Below are positions 39,035 through 48,162 of a DNA stretch of 64,000 bases, piece after piece. The DNA comes from Parcubacteria group bacterium GW2011_GWA2_42_14 (GTDB lineage: Bacteria > Patescibacteriota > Minisyncoccia > Sungbacterales > GWA2-42-14): contig LCCV01000004.1 in assembly GCA_000998135.1 (NCBI GenBank), positions 21,681-85,680 on the forward strand, read 5' to 3'. A model generated the notes under the pieces. It was not told the DNA's origin. It did no database searches and saw nothing but the letters and a program-made list of their open reading frames with translations. How positions within the stretch are numbered: the first letter of the stretch is position 1; the number at the start of each line of letters is the position of its first letter. A program made the translations under genes and the position numbers.

Positions 39035-40348
39035 ATGAAGAAATATTTTATTGCCAGTTTGGCCTCTTTCGGAATTATCGGCGCTTTTTGGCTGTCTGCC
39101 AATTTTAATATTGTCAATATTTCCGGGCTGTGGAATAAAACGCCTTCGCAGGGCCTTGCTCAAAAAGAGGAAAAAACAAATGAACCGGAAAAACCGCGTG
39201 AAAAAACAAAAGAAGAATTGGTTGCCGAAGCCCTGGAAAAATCAAATAATATTAAAGGGGTTTATATGACCGCGGCCGTTGCCACCGACAATGGGGCCGC
39301 TTCCAAACGTCTTCGCCAATCACTTGTGGATTTGGTTAAGACAACGGAATTAAATGGGATTGTTATTGATATCAAAGAAACTGACGGGGTTTTTCTTCCA
39401 GAATCTCTGAAAAAATTTATTGAAGAATTGCATAAAGACGATATTTGGGTGATTGCGCGTTTGGTCGTTTTTAACGACACGGTTGAGGCCAAAGCAAATC
39501 CAAAAATAGCATTAAAACGCATCAATGGAAAATTATGGCTAGACCGGCGGGGAAATGGCTGGCTGGATCCGGCAAGTCAAGAGGCCTGGGATTATATTGC
39601 CGGAATTTCTAAAAAAGCAATTGATTATGGATTTGATGAGATTCAATACGACTATATAAGATTTCCATCTGACGGCGATACAAAAAATATTGTCTACCCT
39701 GTGTATAAATCTAAAACAACTCCTAAATATGTTGTCTTGAAATCATTTTTTGAATATATCAGCAAGGCATTGAAAGAATATAAACCCAGTATAATTCTTT
39801 CGGCTGACCTTTTTGGGTACGTGGCCACACAAGCTAATGATTTGGGAGTTGGGCAGAGAATTGAAGACATCGGCAACAGTTTTGATTATATTTCTTTTAT
39901 GCTTTATCCGAGCCACTATTATTCCGGTTTCCAGGTTCCGGCAGATTCTGTTCGCGGACTCCCCGCCGTTTATTTTCCCTACCGGGGAAAAGTCGTAAAA
40001 GATTTGGCTTCCAATCGGCCTTATGAAGTCGTGCATCGTTCATTGCTTTTCGCCATGGATATTTTGTCGGGAAGAGTTGCCACTTCATCTTTGGCTGGCG
40101 TTAACGCAAAAAAAATGGCTACTTCAACGTTGATTGTGCGGGAATCCGAAATTAAGCCGTTAAGCAAATCCCGGCTTCGGCCATGGCTTCAGGATTTTGA
40201 TTTGTCCGCCGACACTTCCAGAGGCATAAAGTACGACGTGGAAAAGGTCAGGGCGCAAATTATGGCCTCCGAAAACGCCGGCGCTTCCGGCTGGCTCTTG
40301 TGGAATCCGTCCAATGTTTATACTAAAGAAGCTTTGCAGTTAAAGTAG
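39035..40348 (+). CDS. putative TIM-barrel glycoside-hydrolase-like protein (GHL/DUF4015-type)
   Basis: N-terminal TM segment. IKGVYMTA... NGIVIDIKETDG ... FDEIQYDYIRFP pattern. Its last 27 codons are duplicated at 41773-41852. The upstream in-frame ATG at 38990 is a possible alternative start. Confidence 0.45.
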   Translation: MKKYFIASLASFGIIGAFWLSANFNIVNISGLWNKTPSQGLAQKEEKTNEPEKPREKTKEELVAEALEKSNNIKGVYMTAAVATDNGAASKRLRQSLVDLVKTTELNGIVIDIKETDGVFLPESLKKFIEELHKDDIWVIARLVVFNDTVEAKANPKIALKRINGKLWLDRRGNGWLDPASQEAWDYIAGISKKAIDYGFDEIQYDYIRFPSDGDTKNIVYPVYKSKTTPKYVVLKSFFEYISKALKEYKPSIILSADLFGYVATQANDLGVGQRIEDIGNSFDYISFMLYPSHYYSGFQVPADSVRGLPAVYFPYRGKVVKDLASNRPYEVVHRSLLFAMDILSGRVATSSLAGVNAKKMATSTLIVRESEIKPLSKSRLRPWLQDFDLSADTSRGIKYDVEKVRAQIMASENAGASGWLLWNPSNVYTKEALQLK

Positions 40349-40360
40349 ATTGTCCAGCTC

Positions 40361-40403
40361 TTGTAAATTAACCTCATTTCGATTATAATCGAAATGAGGT
40401 TAA
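40361..40403 (+). promoter_or_regulatory. putative autoregulated promoter: TTGTAA, 17 nt, TATAAT, with the -10 centred in a 16-bp perfect palindrome (TTAACCTCATTTCGAT|TATAAT|CGAAATGAGGTTAA)
   Basis: Read directly. Immediately upstream of the wHTH (AbiEi-like) gene. Confidence 0.5.
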
Positions 40404-40429
40404 TTTTTATCAATAAAAATCGAAACAAT

Positions 40430-41023
40430 ATGCTGAAAAAAGAAGCAATTTGGCGGGAAATTTTAATTCAGGCCCGAATGAATAAAAAGGCAATATTTAC
40501 CCAAAAAGAACTTGCGGCTTATTTTGGCTTTTCTCTAAGCACCGTTTTTAATGCCCTTAAAGTTTTACGGGCGGCGAACATTATATCGGTTAGCGGCAGG
40601 AATTTTCGTTTGGAATCATATCAAAAACTGCTTTATCTCTGGGCTTCGTTTAGGACATTTCGTAATGATTTAGCATATAGCGCGCGAATCGCGCTTGATC
40701 CAAAAAAGATAGAATCATCAGTTCCTCCCGACAGCGACTTTGGTCTTTATAGCGCGTCTGTTCTTTTATATCATATTGAGCCGGCTGACTACGACCATAT
40801 ATATCTGTATGCTGACGAGGCGCGCATCGCCGAAATTTTTGAACGATTTCCCGGGGCGGATCTTTCCTCCAAAAATCCTAATTTTTTTATTCTTAAAAAA
40901 GATCAATGGCTCACGCGGTATGCGGAAATGCCGCTTGAACAGATTTTTGTTGATATTTGGAATGCGCCGGAATGGTATGCAAAAGATTTTTTGAAAAATA
41001 TAGAGGATAAACTTTTGCCGTAA
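40430..41023 (+). CDS. winged-HTH regulator / antitoxin, AbiEi-like
   Basis: N-terminal wHTH (FTQKELAAYFGFSLSTVFNALKVLRAANII) plus a C-terminal domain. Paired with a downstream nucleotidyltransferase. The upstream in-frame ATG at 40394 is a possible alternative start. Confidence 0.45.
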   Translation: MLKKEAIWREILIQARMNKKAIFTQKELAAYFGFSLSTVFNALKVLRAANIISVSGRNFRLESYQKLLYLWASFRTFRNDLAYSARIALDPKKIESSVPPDSDFGLYSASVLLYHIEPADYDHIYLYADEARIAEIFERFPGADLSSKNPNFFILKKDQWLTRYAEMPLEQIFVDIWNAPEWYAKDFLKNIEDKLLP

Positions 41024-41035
41024 GGGCAATAGACC

Positions 41036-41128
41036 TGTTGCTTAATAATTTTTTGGGAAAATTTGATGCAAAAAACCCTTATTTTAAGCCACTAATTTTT
41101 TAAAAAAACGGCTAAAATCTTAATAGAC
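41036..41128. repeat. element F8 (AATAGACCTGTTGCTTAATA ... TTAATAGAC); its core is inverted relative to the copy at 55382-55478
   Basis: The central 70 bp is the exact reverse complement of the corresponding segment at 55400-55470. Flanked by TTAATA/TATTAA. Confidence 0.6.
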
Positions 41129-41140
41129 GAAATAATAAAT

Positions 41141-41764
41141 ATGGAACAATTTTGGCACAATATAATTACTGATAAGTCTTTTGTTTTTTTGCAGAAATTA
41201 AGAAAGAAGTTCAAATTTGTTTTAATCGGCGGCTGGGCGGTTTATTTTTATACCCATTCGCTTAAATCAAAGGATATTGATATCATCGTCAATTTTGAAG
41301 AACTGGGGCGTCTTCGTGAATCTTTTGACGTGAGAAAAAACGATCGGCTGAAAAAATATGAAATCCAGCAAGCCGGATTTGATATTGATATTTATGTTCC
41401 GCATTGGTCGGAACTCGGCCTGCCGCTTGAGGACGTTCTCAATACAGCAACGCTTATTGAGGGTTTTCGGGTTCCGGAAAAAGAGGTACTATTCGCGTTA
41501 AAACTATTTGCGTATTCACAAAGAAAATCTTCGCTAAAGGGAAAAAAAGATATGATTGATATCCTAAGTCTTTTATATTCTGGCGGTGCCCGGTTTCCAT
41601 CCCTTTTTAAAATAATTGAAAAATATAATGCCCGCGGCATCGGCGCGGAGCTTAAGGAGATTTTGACGACAGTTTTTGAAGTAAAAGAGTTAAATCTAAA
41701 CCGGAAGCATTTTTCGGACTTTAAGAAACCGATTCTCAAAGAATTGCAATCGAGAAATTTTTAA
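41141..41764 (+). CDS. nucleotidyltransferase-fold protein, AbiEii-like toxin candidate
   Basis: VLIGGWAVYFY ... KDIDIIV: an NTase G[GS] motif followed by DxD. Confidence 0.45.
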   Translation: MEQFWHNIITDKSFVFLQKLRKKFKFVLIGGWAVYFYTHSLKSKDIDIIVNFEELGRLRESFDVRKNDRLKKYEIQQAGFDIDIYVPHWSELGLPLEDVLNTATLIEGFRVPEKEVLFALKLFAYSQRKSSLKGKKDMIDILSLLYSGGARFPSLFKIIEKYNARGIGAELKEILTTVFEVKELNLNRKHFSDFKKPILKELQSRNF

Positions 41765-41772
41765 ATTTCCCT

Positions 41773-41852
41773 AATTATGGCCCCCGAAAACGCCGGCGCT
41801 TCTGGCTGGCTCTTGTGGAATCCGTCCAATGTTTATACTAAAGAGGCCTTAA
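41773..41852 (+). repeat. direct repeat: displaced duplicate of the 3' end of the GH-like gene (about 80 bp, about 95% identical to 40262-40336)
   Basis: ATTATGGCCCCCGAAAACGCCGGCGCTTCTGGCTGGCTCTTGTGGAATCCGTCCAATGTTTATACTAAAGAGGC compared with the gene copy; it would encode ...NVYTKEALRGR*. Confidence 0.7.
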
Positions 41853-41903
41853 GGGGCCGATAAATGTCTTTTAAAGGTCCCTGTTTTATGCTATAATGGG
41901 TAT

Positions 41904-42203
41904 ATGAAACTGCCGCCATTTCTCCATAAATATTTCTGGGATGTGGATTTTAAAAAATTGGATTCTAAAGCAGACGGTCAATATATTATTGAGCGCATTT
42001 TGGAATACGGGGACGAAAAGGCGGTTAATTGGCTGAAAAAAAATATTGAGCGCCGTTTTATCGTGTCAGTTTTAAAAAATTGCCGGTCCCTTTCTCCCCA
42101 AAGCGCTAATTTTTGGGCAGTTATTTTTAGGGTTCCGGCGGCTAAAGTTTTATGTTTAAATAAATCGTTTCTAGAAAGACGTTTTAATCACTGGATTTGG
42201 TAG
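41904..42203 (+). CDS. hypothetical protein
   Basis: 99 aa; weak call. Confidence 0.3.
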   Translation: MKLPPFLHKYFWDVDFKKLDSKADGQYIIERILEYGDEKAVNWLKKNIERRFIVSVLKNCRSLSPQSANFWAVIFRVPAAKVLCLNKSFLERRFNHWIW

Positions 42204-42336
42204 TTTGATTTATTTTGAAGACGCCGAAAAACAAAAAATGCCCCGTTTGATTAAAAACGTAAGTTGGCTCGCAGTCAAGAATTTTTTTGCAAGCGAAACA
42301 AGGCACATCTGCCTTGAGACTGATTGAACATTTTTT

Positions 42337-42429
42337 CGTCATTCTGACCCTGAGCGAGACGAAGGGGAAGAATCTTTTAATTAAGCCGCATTTGAGATTC
42401 TTCAGTCGTTCTGCTCCTTCAGAATGACG
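42337..42429. repeat. MITE-like repeat, family F3 (copy 2)
   Basis: CGTCATTCTGA ... TCAGAATGACG termini and the inner GAAGAATCT/AGATTCTTC repeat. Confidence 0.6.
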
Positions 42430-42502
42430 ACCGTATGATAATTATTCAACAGTACCGTTTTAGGAAGTTTATTATTTGAAATAAAAGTGTTATCATGAGT
42501 AT

Positions 42503-42808
42503 ATGCGTCTTGAACATTATCCTGTTGAAAAATTGAAAAAAGAGATTCTGGAAAGTATCGGTCGGCATCTTGACCTTTCGCAGTACCGGGTTTTTTTCTT
42601 TGGTTCGCGCGTTGCCGGCAAGGGCACAGACCGTTCGGATATTGATGTTGGTATTGAAGGAAAAGAGCCTGTGCCGTTTATAATTCTTGAGGATATAAAA
42701 GAAGATTTTGAGAAAATACCAACGTTATATAAAATTGACATAGTTGATTTTTGCCGTGTTGCGCCTAAATTTCGGGTGGTGGCGCTTCAAAAGGTGGAGT
42801 CGCTATGA
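42503..42808 (+). CDS. minimal nucleotidyltransferase (MntA-like antitoxin)
   Basis: FFGSRVAGKGTDRSDIDVGI (GS...DxD). Confidence 0.7.
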   Translation: MRLEHYPVEKLKKEILESIGRHLDLSQYRVFFFGSRVAGKGTDRSDIDVGIEGKEPVPFIILEDIKEDFEKIPTLYKIDIVDFCRVAPKFRVVALQKVESL

Positions 42809-42812
42809 AATT

Positions 42813-43202
42813 ATGACAAAATTTCAATCTCTCTATGAAGATTTTCGCAGCGCTCTTGAACGTTTTGACGAGATTCTAAAAGAACCCAAGAATGATATAG
42901 TGCGGGATTCCGCCATTAAGCGGTTTGAATTGGTTTTTGAGCTTGCCTGGAAAACAACTAAGGCTTATCTTGAAGATTACCATAATGGCACTTGCGTATC
43001 GCCACGCGAGTGTTTTCGCGAAGCATTTCGTATCGGCCTAATTGAACATGATGAACACTGGATAGGCATGACTGCCACGAGGAATTATACCGTGCATGCC
43101 TATAAACAAGCGCTTGCTGAAAAGATATATGTTGAGTTGCCTCAAACACTTATAATGTTTAAAAAACTCGCCGAAGCCTTCGAAAAAAATAAATCCGCTT
43201 AA
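42813..43202 (+). CDS. HEPN-domain protein (HepT-like toxin, HI0074 family)
   Basis: RDSAIKRFELVFELAWK ... TRNYTVHAY (Rx4-6H). Start lies within 8 nt of the MNT stop. The upstream in-frame ATG at 42744 overlaps the MNT gene and is probably not the real start. Confidence 0.7.
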   Translation: MTKFQSLYEDFRSALERFDEILKEPKNDIVRDSAIKRFELVFELAWKTTKAYLEDYHNGTCVSPRECFREAFRIGLIEHDEHWIGMTATRNYTVHAYKQALAEKIYVELPQTLIMFKKLAEAFEKNKSA

Positions 43203-43347
43203 GGAATGGCCTGTTATTCTTTTTTAACTCAGTTCGATTGTCGCCGAAATGAGTCTTTGTTTTATAGCAAAAAAGCGAAATGAATAAAGCTGTTTAATTA
43301 GGCATTAATCGTAAATAATTTTCCGATTTCAAAAGTTTCCAACGTAA

Positions 43348-44157
43348 CTAATAGGGAGTGAAGGTAAGGATAATACCCCATTCTTTTTTTGCCCATTCTT
43401 GTAGAGCTTTTAACTCGTGTTCAGTAACGCCCGCCGAATTGCTATAGAATTTTTCCTGCTTATCTTTTAATTGTAAGTCAAGAACAAATTCCATTGTTTC
43501 ATGGGGCAGCGCTATTAACAGTTCCTCGTCGGTTTTTCCTCGTTTTTTTTCGTATTGCAAGCTTTTTGTAATTTCTTCCATTTTAGGATGAGAAGGGTCT
43601 ACATCATATTCCCAAATCCCGGCAGGATCCAGTACCGAATGTTTTAACTGGTAACGCATCCCTTGTTCTTTCATAAAAATTTTTTGCCTAAGCAGGGTAA
43701 GAATGTCCGCGGAGGAAGGAAGGAACGGAAATTTTGTTTTTTTGTCGCGTTTAGCTTCTTGAATGGTTTCCGGAGGCAGTAGTTTTTTCTTTTCAGCCAT
43801 AAGAATGGGATGAGTATGGACAAAATGCATCATTTCTATTTTTGCGTCTTCCAGGAGCGGAAGTAGGTCTATGCTCTGGCCCATATCTTCCATCATAACC
43901 CCTTCAATATTAAGCCAGCCCTCGGTTTTATTTTTTTTAACGTACGCAAAAAACCTTTCTTGTTTTTCTTCAAATACTGCCGTCCTTAAACGGTCGAGGC
44001 CCTGTGCAAACGTTTCATTAAAGAATTCTCTCGCGGGCAATAATTTTTCCAGTTCCGCCAGAGCGCGTTTGGAAGAAAAAATTTCTGCAAAAAAAGCCCC
44101 GCCGGCCAAACCGGTTTTCAAAAATTCTCTTCGCGATAATTTTTCTTCCTCGGCCAT
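43348..44157 (-). CDS. secreted protein with a twin-arginine (Tat) signal peptide
   Basis: MAEEEKLSRREFLKTGLAGGAFFAEIF...ALA. The called ORF extends N-terminally into repeat F3, so I take the start at the Tat-motif Met. Confidence 0.45.
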   Translation of the reverse strand: MAEEEKLSRREFLKTGLAGGAFFAEIFSSKRALAELEKLLPAREFFNETFAQGLDRLRTAVFEEKQERFFAYVKKNKTEGWLNIEGVMMEDMGQSIDLLPLLEDAKIEMMHFVHTHPILMAEKKKLLPPETIQEAKRDKKTKFPFLPSSADILTLLRQKIFMKEQGMRYQLKHSVLDPAGIWEYDVDPSHPKMEEITKSLQYEKKRGKTDEELLIALPHETMEFVLDLQLKDKQEKFYSNSAGVTEHELKALQEWAKKEWGIILTFTPY

Positions 44158-44186
44158 AATGATTGCGTTAATTATGTTGAAATAGT

Positions 44187-44269
44187 CGTCATTCTGAGGC
44201 CGCAGCCGAAGAATCTCAACAAAATTTGTAAGATTCTTCCCCTTCGCACCGCTCATGGTCAGAATGACG
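44187..44269. repeat. MITE-like repeat, family F3 (copy 3)
   Basis: As above. Confidence 0.6.
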
Positions 44270-44369
44270 CGCTAGCTATACGGCCCCAGAGCGAGTACTA
44301 TTTCAACAGACACTAACTAAACAGCGATAGGAAATTAGGTGCAACCTGTTGGCGGCATTCGAGCGCTGA

Positions 44370-45635
44370 CTAAAAGTAAGATAGCGGTATAAATTTAATT
44401 TTGGTTTTGCCGATTTTTTCTTCTCCCAGATAATCTTTGGTTAAAATCAGAGCCGTCGGGGGTTTAAATTTTTCTATAAAACTAAATAAACTTTTGCCGA
44501 CTAATCGCTTAGAAACATATTTAATTTCTATCGGATAAACCGACTGTTCTTTTTCAATGATAAAATCCACCTCGGCCTTGGCTTTGGTGCGCCAGTATTT
44601 AATGTGCCCGCCAAAGAAATTTTTAAGCAGGATAAATCCATAGTTTTCCGCGAGATTTCCCGCGTCATTTCTTAGTTCTAAGGCGCGCCAATCCGCTAAA
44701 GAATAATTTCTCAATCCCAAATCATTAAAATAAACTTTGGGATTTTTAACCAATTCCGTCCGTTTATTGACAAAAAACGGAAGGACAAAAGAAACAACAT
44801 AAGTTTTAACCAATATATTTAAATGTTTTTTGAGTTCCGGATAGTTCAGGCCCGAGGCATTAGATAATTCTTGATATTTAACAATGCGGCCAATTTGCCC
44901 CGCCAGAAATTTCCCTAATCTTTCAAGTTCCAGGTCGGTCGCCAAACGAAGAAGTTCCTTAATATCTTTTAAAAGATATTTTTCATAGATGCTTTCTAAA
45001 ATCTTTTTTTTCTCCTCCGGCTTCTCCGATAAAACCGCCGCCGGATAACCGCCGAAAATCATATATTCTTCAAGCAGTCCGGCCAATTTTGCATTTATTT
45101 CCCGGCCAAAAACATTACGCAGGTCAAAATCAAAAATGTCGCCGTGGGGCATACTCTCCAAAAGATTATATATTTCTTTGTCGCGCGCTAATAAAAATTC
45201 CCTGAAGGAAAAGGGGTTGAGCGGGAATTCAATAAGCCGTCCCACCATATATTTGCCGGTCTGAAAAGTTAGTTCCAGCGACGACGACCCGGAAATAATA
45301 AATTTTACCGGCGTAGTGTCGTAGAGATACTTTAATTTCTGGCCTCCTTCCAGGCCGTACTGGAATTCGTCAATAAAAACGACTTCATACTGTTGAACTA
45401 TTTTTTTGAAATCTTCAATGTTCTGGTTAAACAATTCTAAATCCGCCCTTTTTTCAAAAGTAATAAACCTGATTTTTTGTCCTTCCCGCTTAATCCGGTC
45501 AGCTAAATTTTCAATAAAGGTTGTTTTGCCAGCCTGCCTTGGTCCGACAATGGAAATGGCTTCTTTTCTGGCCAAAAATGGCTCTATAACAGCTTCCAAT
45601 TGCCTCGGTATATAAATAATCCTGCTATTATTCAT
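44370..45635 (-). CDS. AAA-family ATPase (AAA_14 / DUF4143-type)
   Basis: Walker A GPRQAGKTT, a Walker B FIDEFQ-like motif, and a C-terminal DUF4143-like region. Confidence 0.65.
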   Translation of the reverse strand: MNNSRIIYIPRQLEAVIEPFLARKEAISIVGPRQAGKTTFIENLADRIKREGQKIRFITFEKRADLELFNQNIEDFKKIVQQYEVVFIDEFQYGLEGGQKLKYLYDTTPVKFIISGSSSLELTFQTGKYMVGRLIEFPLNPFSFREFLLARDKEIYNLLESMPHGDIFDFDLRNVFGREINAKLAGLLEEYMIFGGYPAAVLSEKPEEKKKILESIYEKYLLKDIKELLRLATDLELERLGKFLAGQIGRIVKYQELSNASGLNYPELKKHLNILVKTYVVSFVLPFFVNKRTELVKNPKVYFNDLGLRNYSLADWRALELRNDAGNLAENYGFILLKNFFGGHIKYWRTKAKAEVDFIIEKEQSVYPIEIKYVSKRLVGKSLFSFIEKFKPPTALILTKDYLGEEKIGKTKIKFIPLSYF

Positions 45636-45877
45636 AATATATATATTTTAGCAGGGTTATAATTTTAGTCAAGTTAGTTATTCACAGGCACAGAACTCTA
45701 CACGCAAAAGAGAATCGTCCCAGTTTTTTTAAGCGACGCGGCCACCGAGTATTCTTTTGCCAATTTTTAAGAAGAGGAAATTGGTTGCCTTGGTGCCCGG
45801 CGCTATATTTGACTTTTTTAGCCACACTATGCTATAATTAAAGTGCTGTAAAAATCCTACAAAAGGGGGTAGCAGCA

Positions 45878-46279
45878 ATGGTCTTTGTCAGAAATTTAGC
45901 GTTTTTTGTTGTTCTTATTGCGGTTCTGTCGTTTGTTTTTGTTTTACCCGTGTTTGCCGAGTCAAATTTTCAGCCACAGAACTTGATTGGCGAATGGTGG
46001 GCTGATTGGAATTATAGAAATATTGTGAGCGGTAAGTTATTTTTGACTATATTATCCGTTGAAGGAATAAAAGTTTCCGGTAAGTTCGAGCTTACCGGCG
46101 CTAAGGCACCAAATGAAGAATTTAAAGATGGCATTCTCGAAGGGAATACGCTTAAGATTACAACTGAATATCAGTATATTGAACTTGTTTTTGAAGGTAA
46201 GACGTTGTCTGGTTTTGCCTTGAGCGATCCTTATAAGGCAACGCGTTCAGAAATTAAAAATGGCGTTAAGGTAAAATAA
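45878..46279 (+). CDS. hypothetical secreted protein
   Basis: N-terminal signal peptide (FFVVLIAVLSFVFVLPVFA). Confidence 0.4.
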   Translation: MVFVRNLAFFVVLIAVLSFVFVLPVFAESNFQPQNLIGEWWADWNYRNIVSGKLFLTILSVEGIKVSGKFELTGAKAPNEEFKDGILEGNTLKITTEYQYIELVFEGKTLSGFALSDPYKATRSEIKNGVKVK

Positions 46280-46454
46280 AGATAGAAATTGAAAAGGGCC
46301 CCCCTCCCCTTTTTATTTTTCATTCTAAAAATTTTAGTGTTCTGTATTTTTGCTGCGTAGTTTGAATTAAAAATAATTTTAAAAATAAATTGCCCGTCAT
46401 GCAGTTAAGCCCTCTTTTGTAGAGGACCGTTCTGCATGACGGGCCAGTTCTTGA

Positions 46455-46895
46455 CTAAGCGCCCTCCTTTGAGGTTCTTTTGAACTCGAAAGTGCCGCTG
46501 TCGTATTTGTTTTTGTACGTTCCTCTAATGAGGAGCGGATTGACAAGCCAGAACATCATTTCAGTGCTGTTATCGAGGGTACCGATATCGCTGGAAGGAG
46601 CGTCAATCAGGATTTTGCCGTTCTCGAATTTTCCGATTGACATGGAGGAGTACGGCGGGGCAGGCGGTTCGGGCGTTTGAAACATCACCACCGTTACGGT
46701 ATTTGTTTCGGTGTCTGGAGCAAAAGCTGCATGCACCGGCGCATTATCGTGTTTTGGAGCGTCCGAAACCCATTTTCCGGTCCAGATGCCCTGGAAAAGC
46801 ATGATATTGAATTCTTCCGCGGTCGCCGGTAGAACGGTAAACAGCGAGATGAGTAGTGAAACGGTAAGCGAAAGAGCGGCGTTTTTCTTCAACAT
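46455..46895 (-). CDS. hypothetical secreted protein
   Basis: Signal peptide (LSLTVSLLISLFTVLPATA). Confidence 0.4.
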   Translation of the reverse strand: MLKKNAALSLTVSLLISLFTVLPATAEEFNIMLFQGIWTGKWVSDAPKHDNAPVHAAFAPDTETNTVTVVMFQTPEPPAPPYSSMSIGKFENGKILIDAPSSDIGTLDNSTEMMFWLVNPLLIRGTYKNKYDSGTFEFKRTSKEGA

Positions 46896-47223
46896 TGAAT
46901 CCCTCTTATTCTTGTTGTTGGTATGTTTAGATTGTTGTGGAAGAACCTCTTATTTTATTATATCAAAATTAAATAAATTTGTCAATAGTATTGACATAAT
47001 TCGCGCATTTATTGTTGAATTGGTATGATTTTAAGCCATTTTATGAGTATACTAAAAATTTAAAATAAGTCTACCAATTGTAAAATAGATAGAATTTTAC
47101 AAAAGCATATTGTATAAAGCAACCGGTGGTAAAAGTGGTGGAAAAATCCTTATTAATATTTTGTTTGACAAGTAAGTAAATATAGTGCTATTTTGGTGTA
47201 AGCGCTTTAACAATGGTTAAGGA

Positions 47224-48126
47224 TTGGGTATGAAACTTTTAGGCACCGGCCTTGCGCTTCCTTCAACGGAGGTCAAGAATGAAGATATCGCTTTTATACT
47301 GCCATCAGATGTTATAGAACGAAAGACAGGTATTCGATCTCGATACATAGTTAGCGACGAAACCGTGAGCCAGATGGCTGCAAAAGCTGTTAGGGAAGCT
47401 TGCCAATCAGCCAAGCTTCCCATTGAAGACATTCAGCATATTGTTTGTTCAACTAATTCAGGAGAACAATGGGTGCCGCCTACGGTTGCTCGCGTTGCCA
47501 GGCATCTAGGATATTGCGGTCCCGGTTTTGATATCAATGCGGCGTGTGTCGGAAGCATTACGGCTTTGCGTCTCGCGCTTTTTTTGCCAAGTCCGTCTGC
47601 TGTTGTAGCTACCGAGCATGTAACGCCTTTTACCGTGCAGCAACCAGGCGATTGGCCTTCTGTTATTTTTGGTGATGGAGCTGGTGCGGCAGTTATTGAA
47701 GCAGGAAAGTCGCTAATTGGATGGGTTGGCGGCATGAATCCCGAAGGCCACGACTGGATTCAAGTTCCAAAAGGCGGGTACTGCCAGATGAATGGGCCAA
47801 AACTTTTAGAATCTGCGATTCCGCTTATGACCGCCGCACTTACTAATGCCGCTAAGCAGTGTGGTTTACATCCTAAAGAGCTGGATATAATTATACCGCA
47901 TCAGGCAAATCTTCGGATTATAGAAGCATGCATGCAAAAATGGAACGTTTCATCCGAGCGAGTGATAATAACAGTAGATAAATTCGGGAATACTTCTTCT
48001 GCCTCTGTCTTAATGGCGCTTGCCTGGGCGAATCTACATGGAAAGATCAGACGCGGTCAGTGGATTGGCTTAGTTGGATTTGGAGCAGGTCTTATATGGG
48101 AAGCATTGGTGACACGATTGGAATAA
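47224..48126 (+). CDS. 3-oxoacyl-ACP synthase III (FabH)-like condensing enzyme
   Basis: Active-site Cys context NAACVGS, plus HQAN and GNTSSAS motifs. 300 aa. Confidence 0.7.
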   Translation: MGMKLLGTGLALPSTEVKNEDIAFILPSDVIERKTGIRSRYIVSDETVSQMAAKAVREACQSAKLPIEDIQHIVCSTNSGEQWVPPTVARVARHLGYCGPGFDINAACVGSITALRLALFLPSPSAVVATEHVTPFTVQQPGDWPSVIFGDGAGAAVIEAGKSLIGWVGGMNPEGHDWIQVPKGGYCQMNGPKLLESAIPLMTAALTNAAKQCGLHPKELDIIIPHQANLRIIEACMQKWNVSSERVIITVDKFGNTSSASVLMALAWANLHGKIRRGQWIGLVGFGAGLIWEALVTRLE

Positions 48127-48162
48127 TTTATATAAACAAAACCCAACAAAGGAGGAACCACA

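Noticed and set aside
44158-44256. N-terminal extension of the Tat-signal protein ORF (MSGAKGKNLTNFVEILRLRPQNDDYFNIINAIIM...)
   Set aside because: The extension runs into the F3 repeat. The SRREFLK motif must be near the true N-terminus for Tat targeting, so the start was moved to the Met before the Tat motif.
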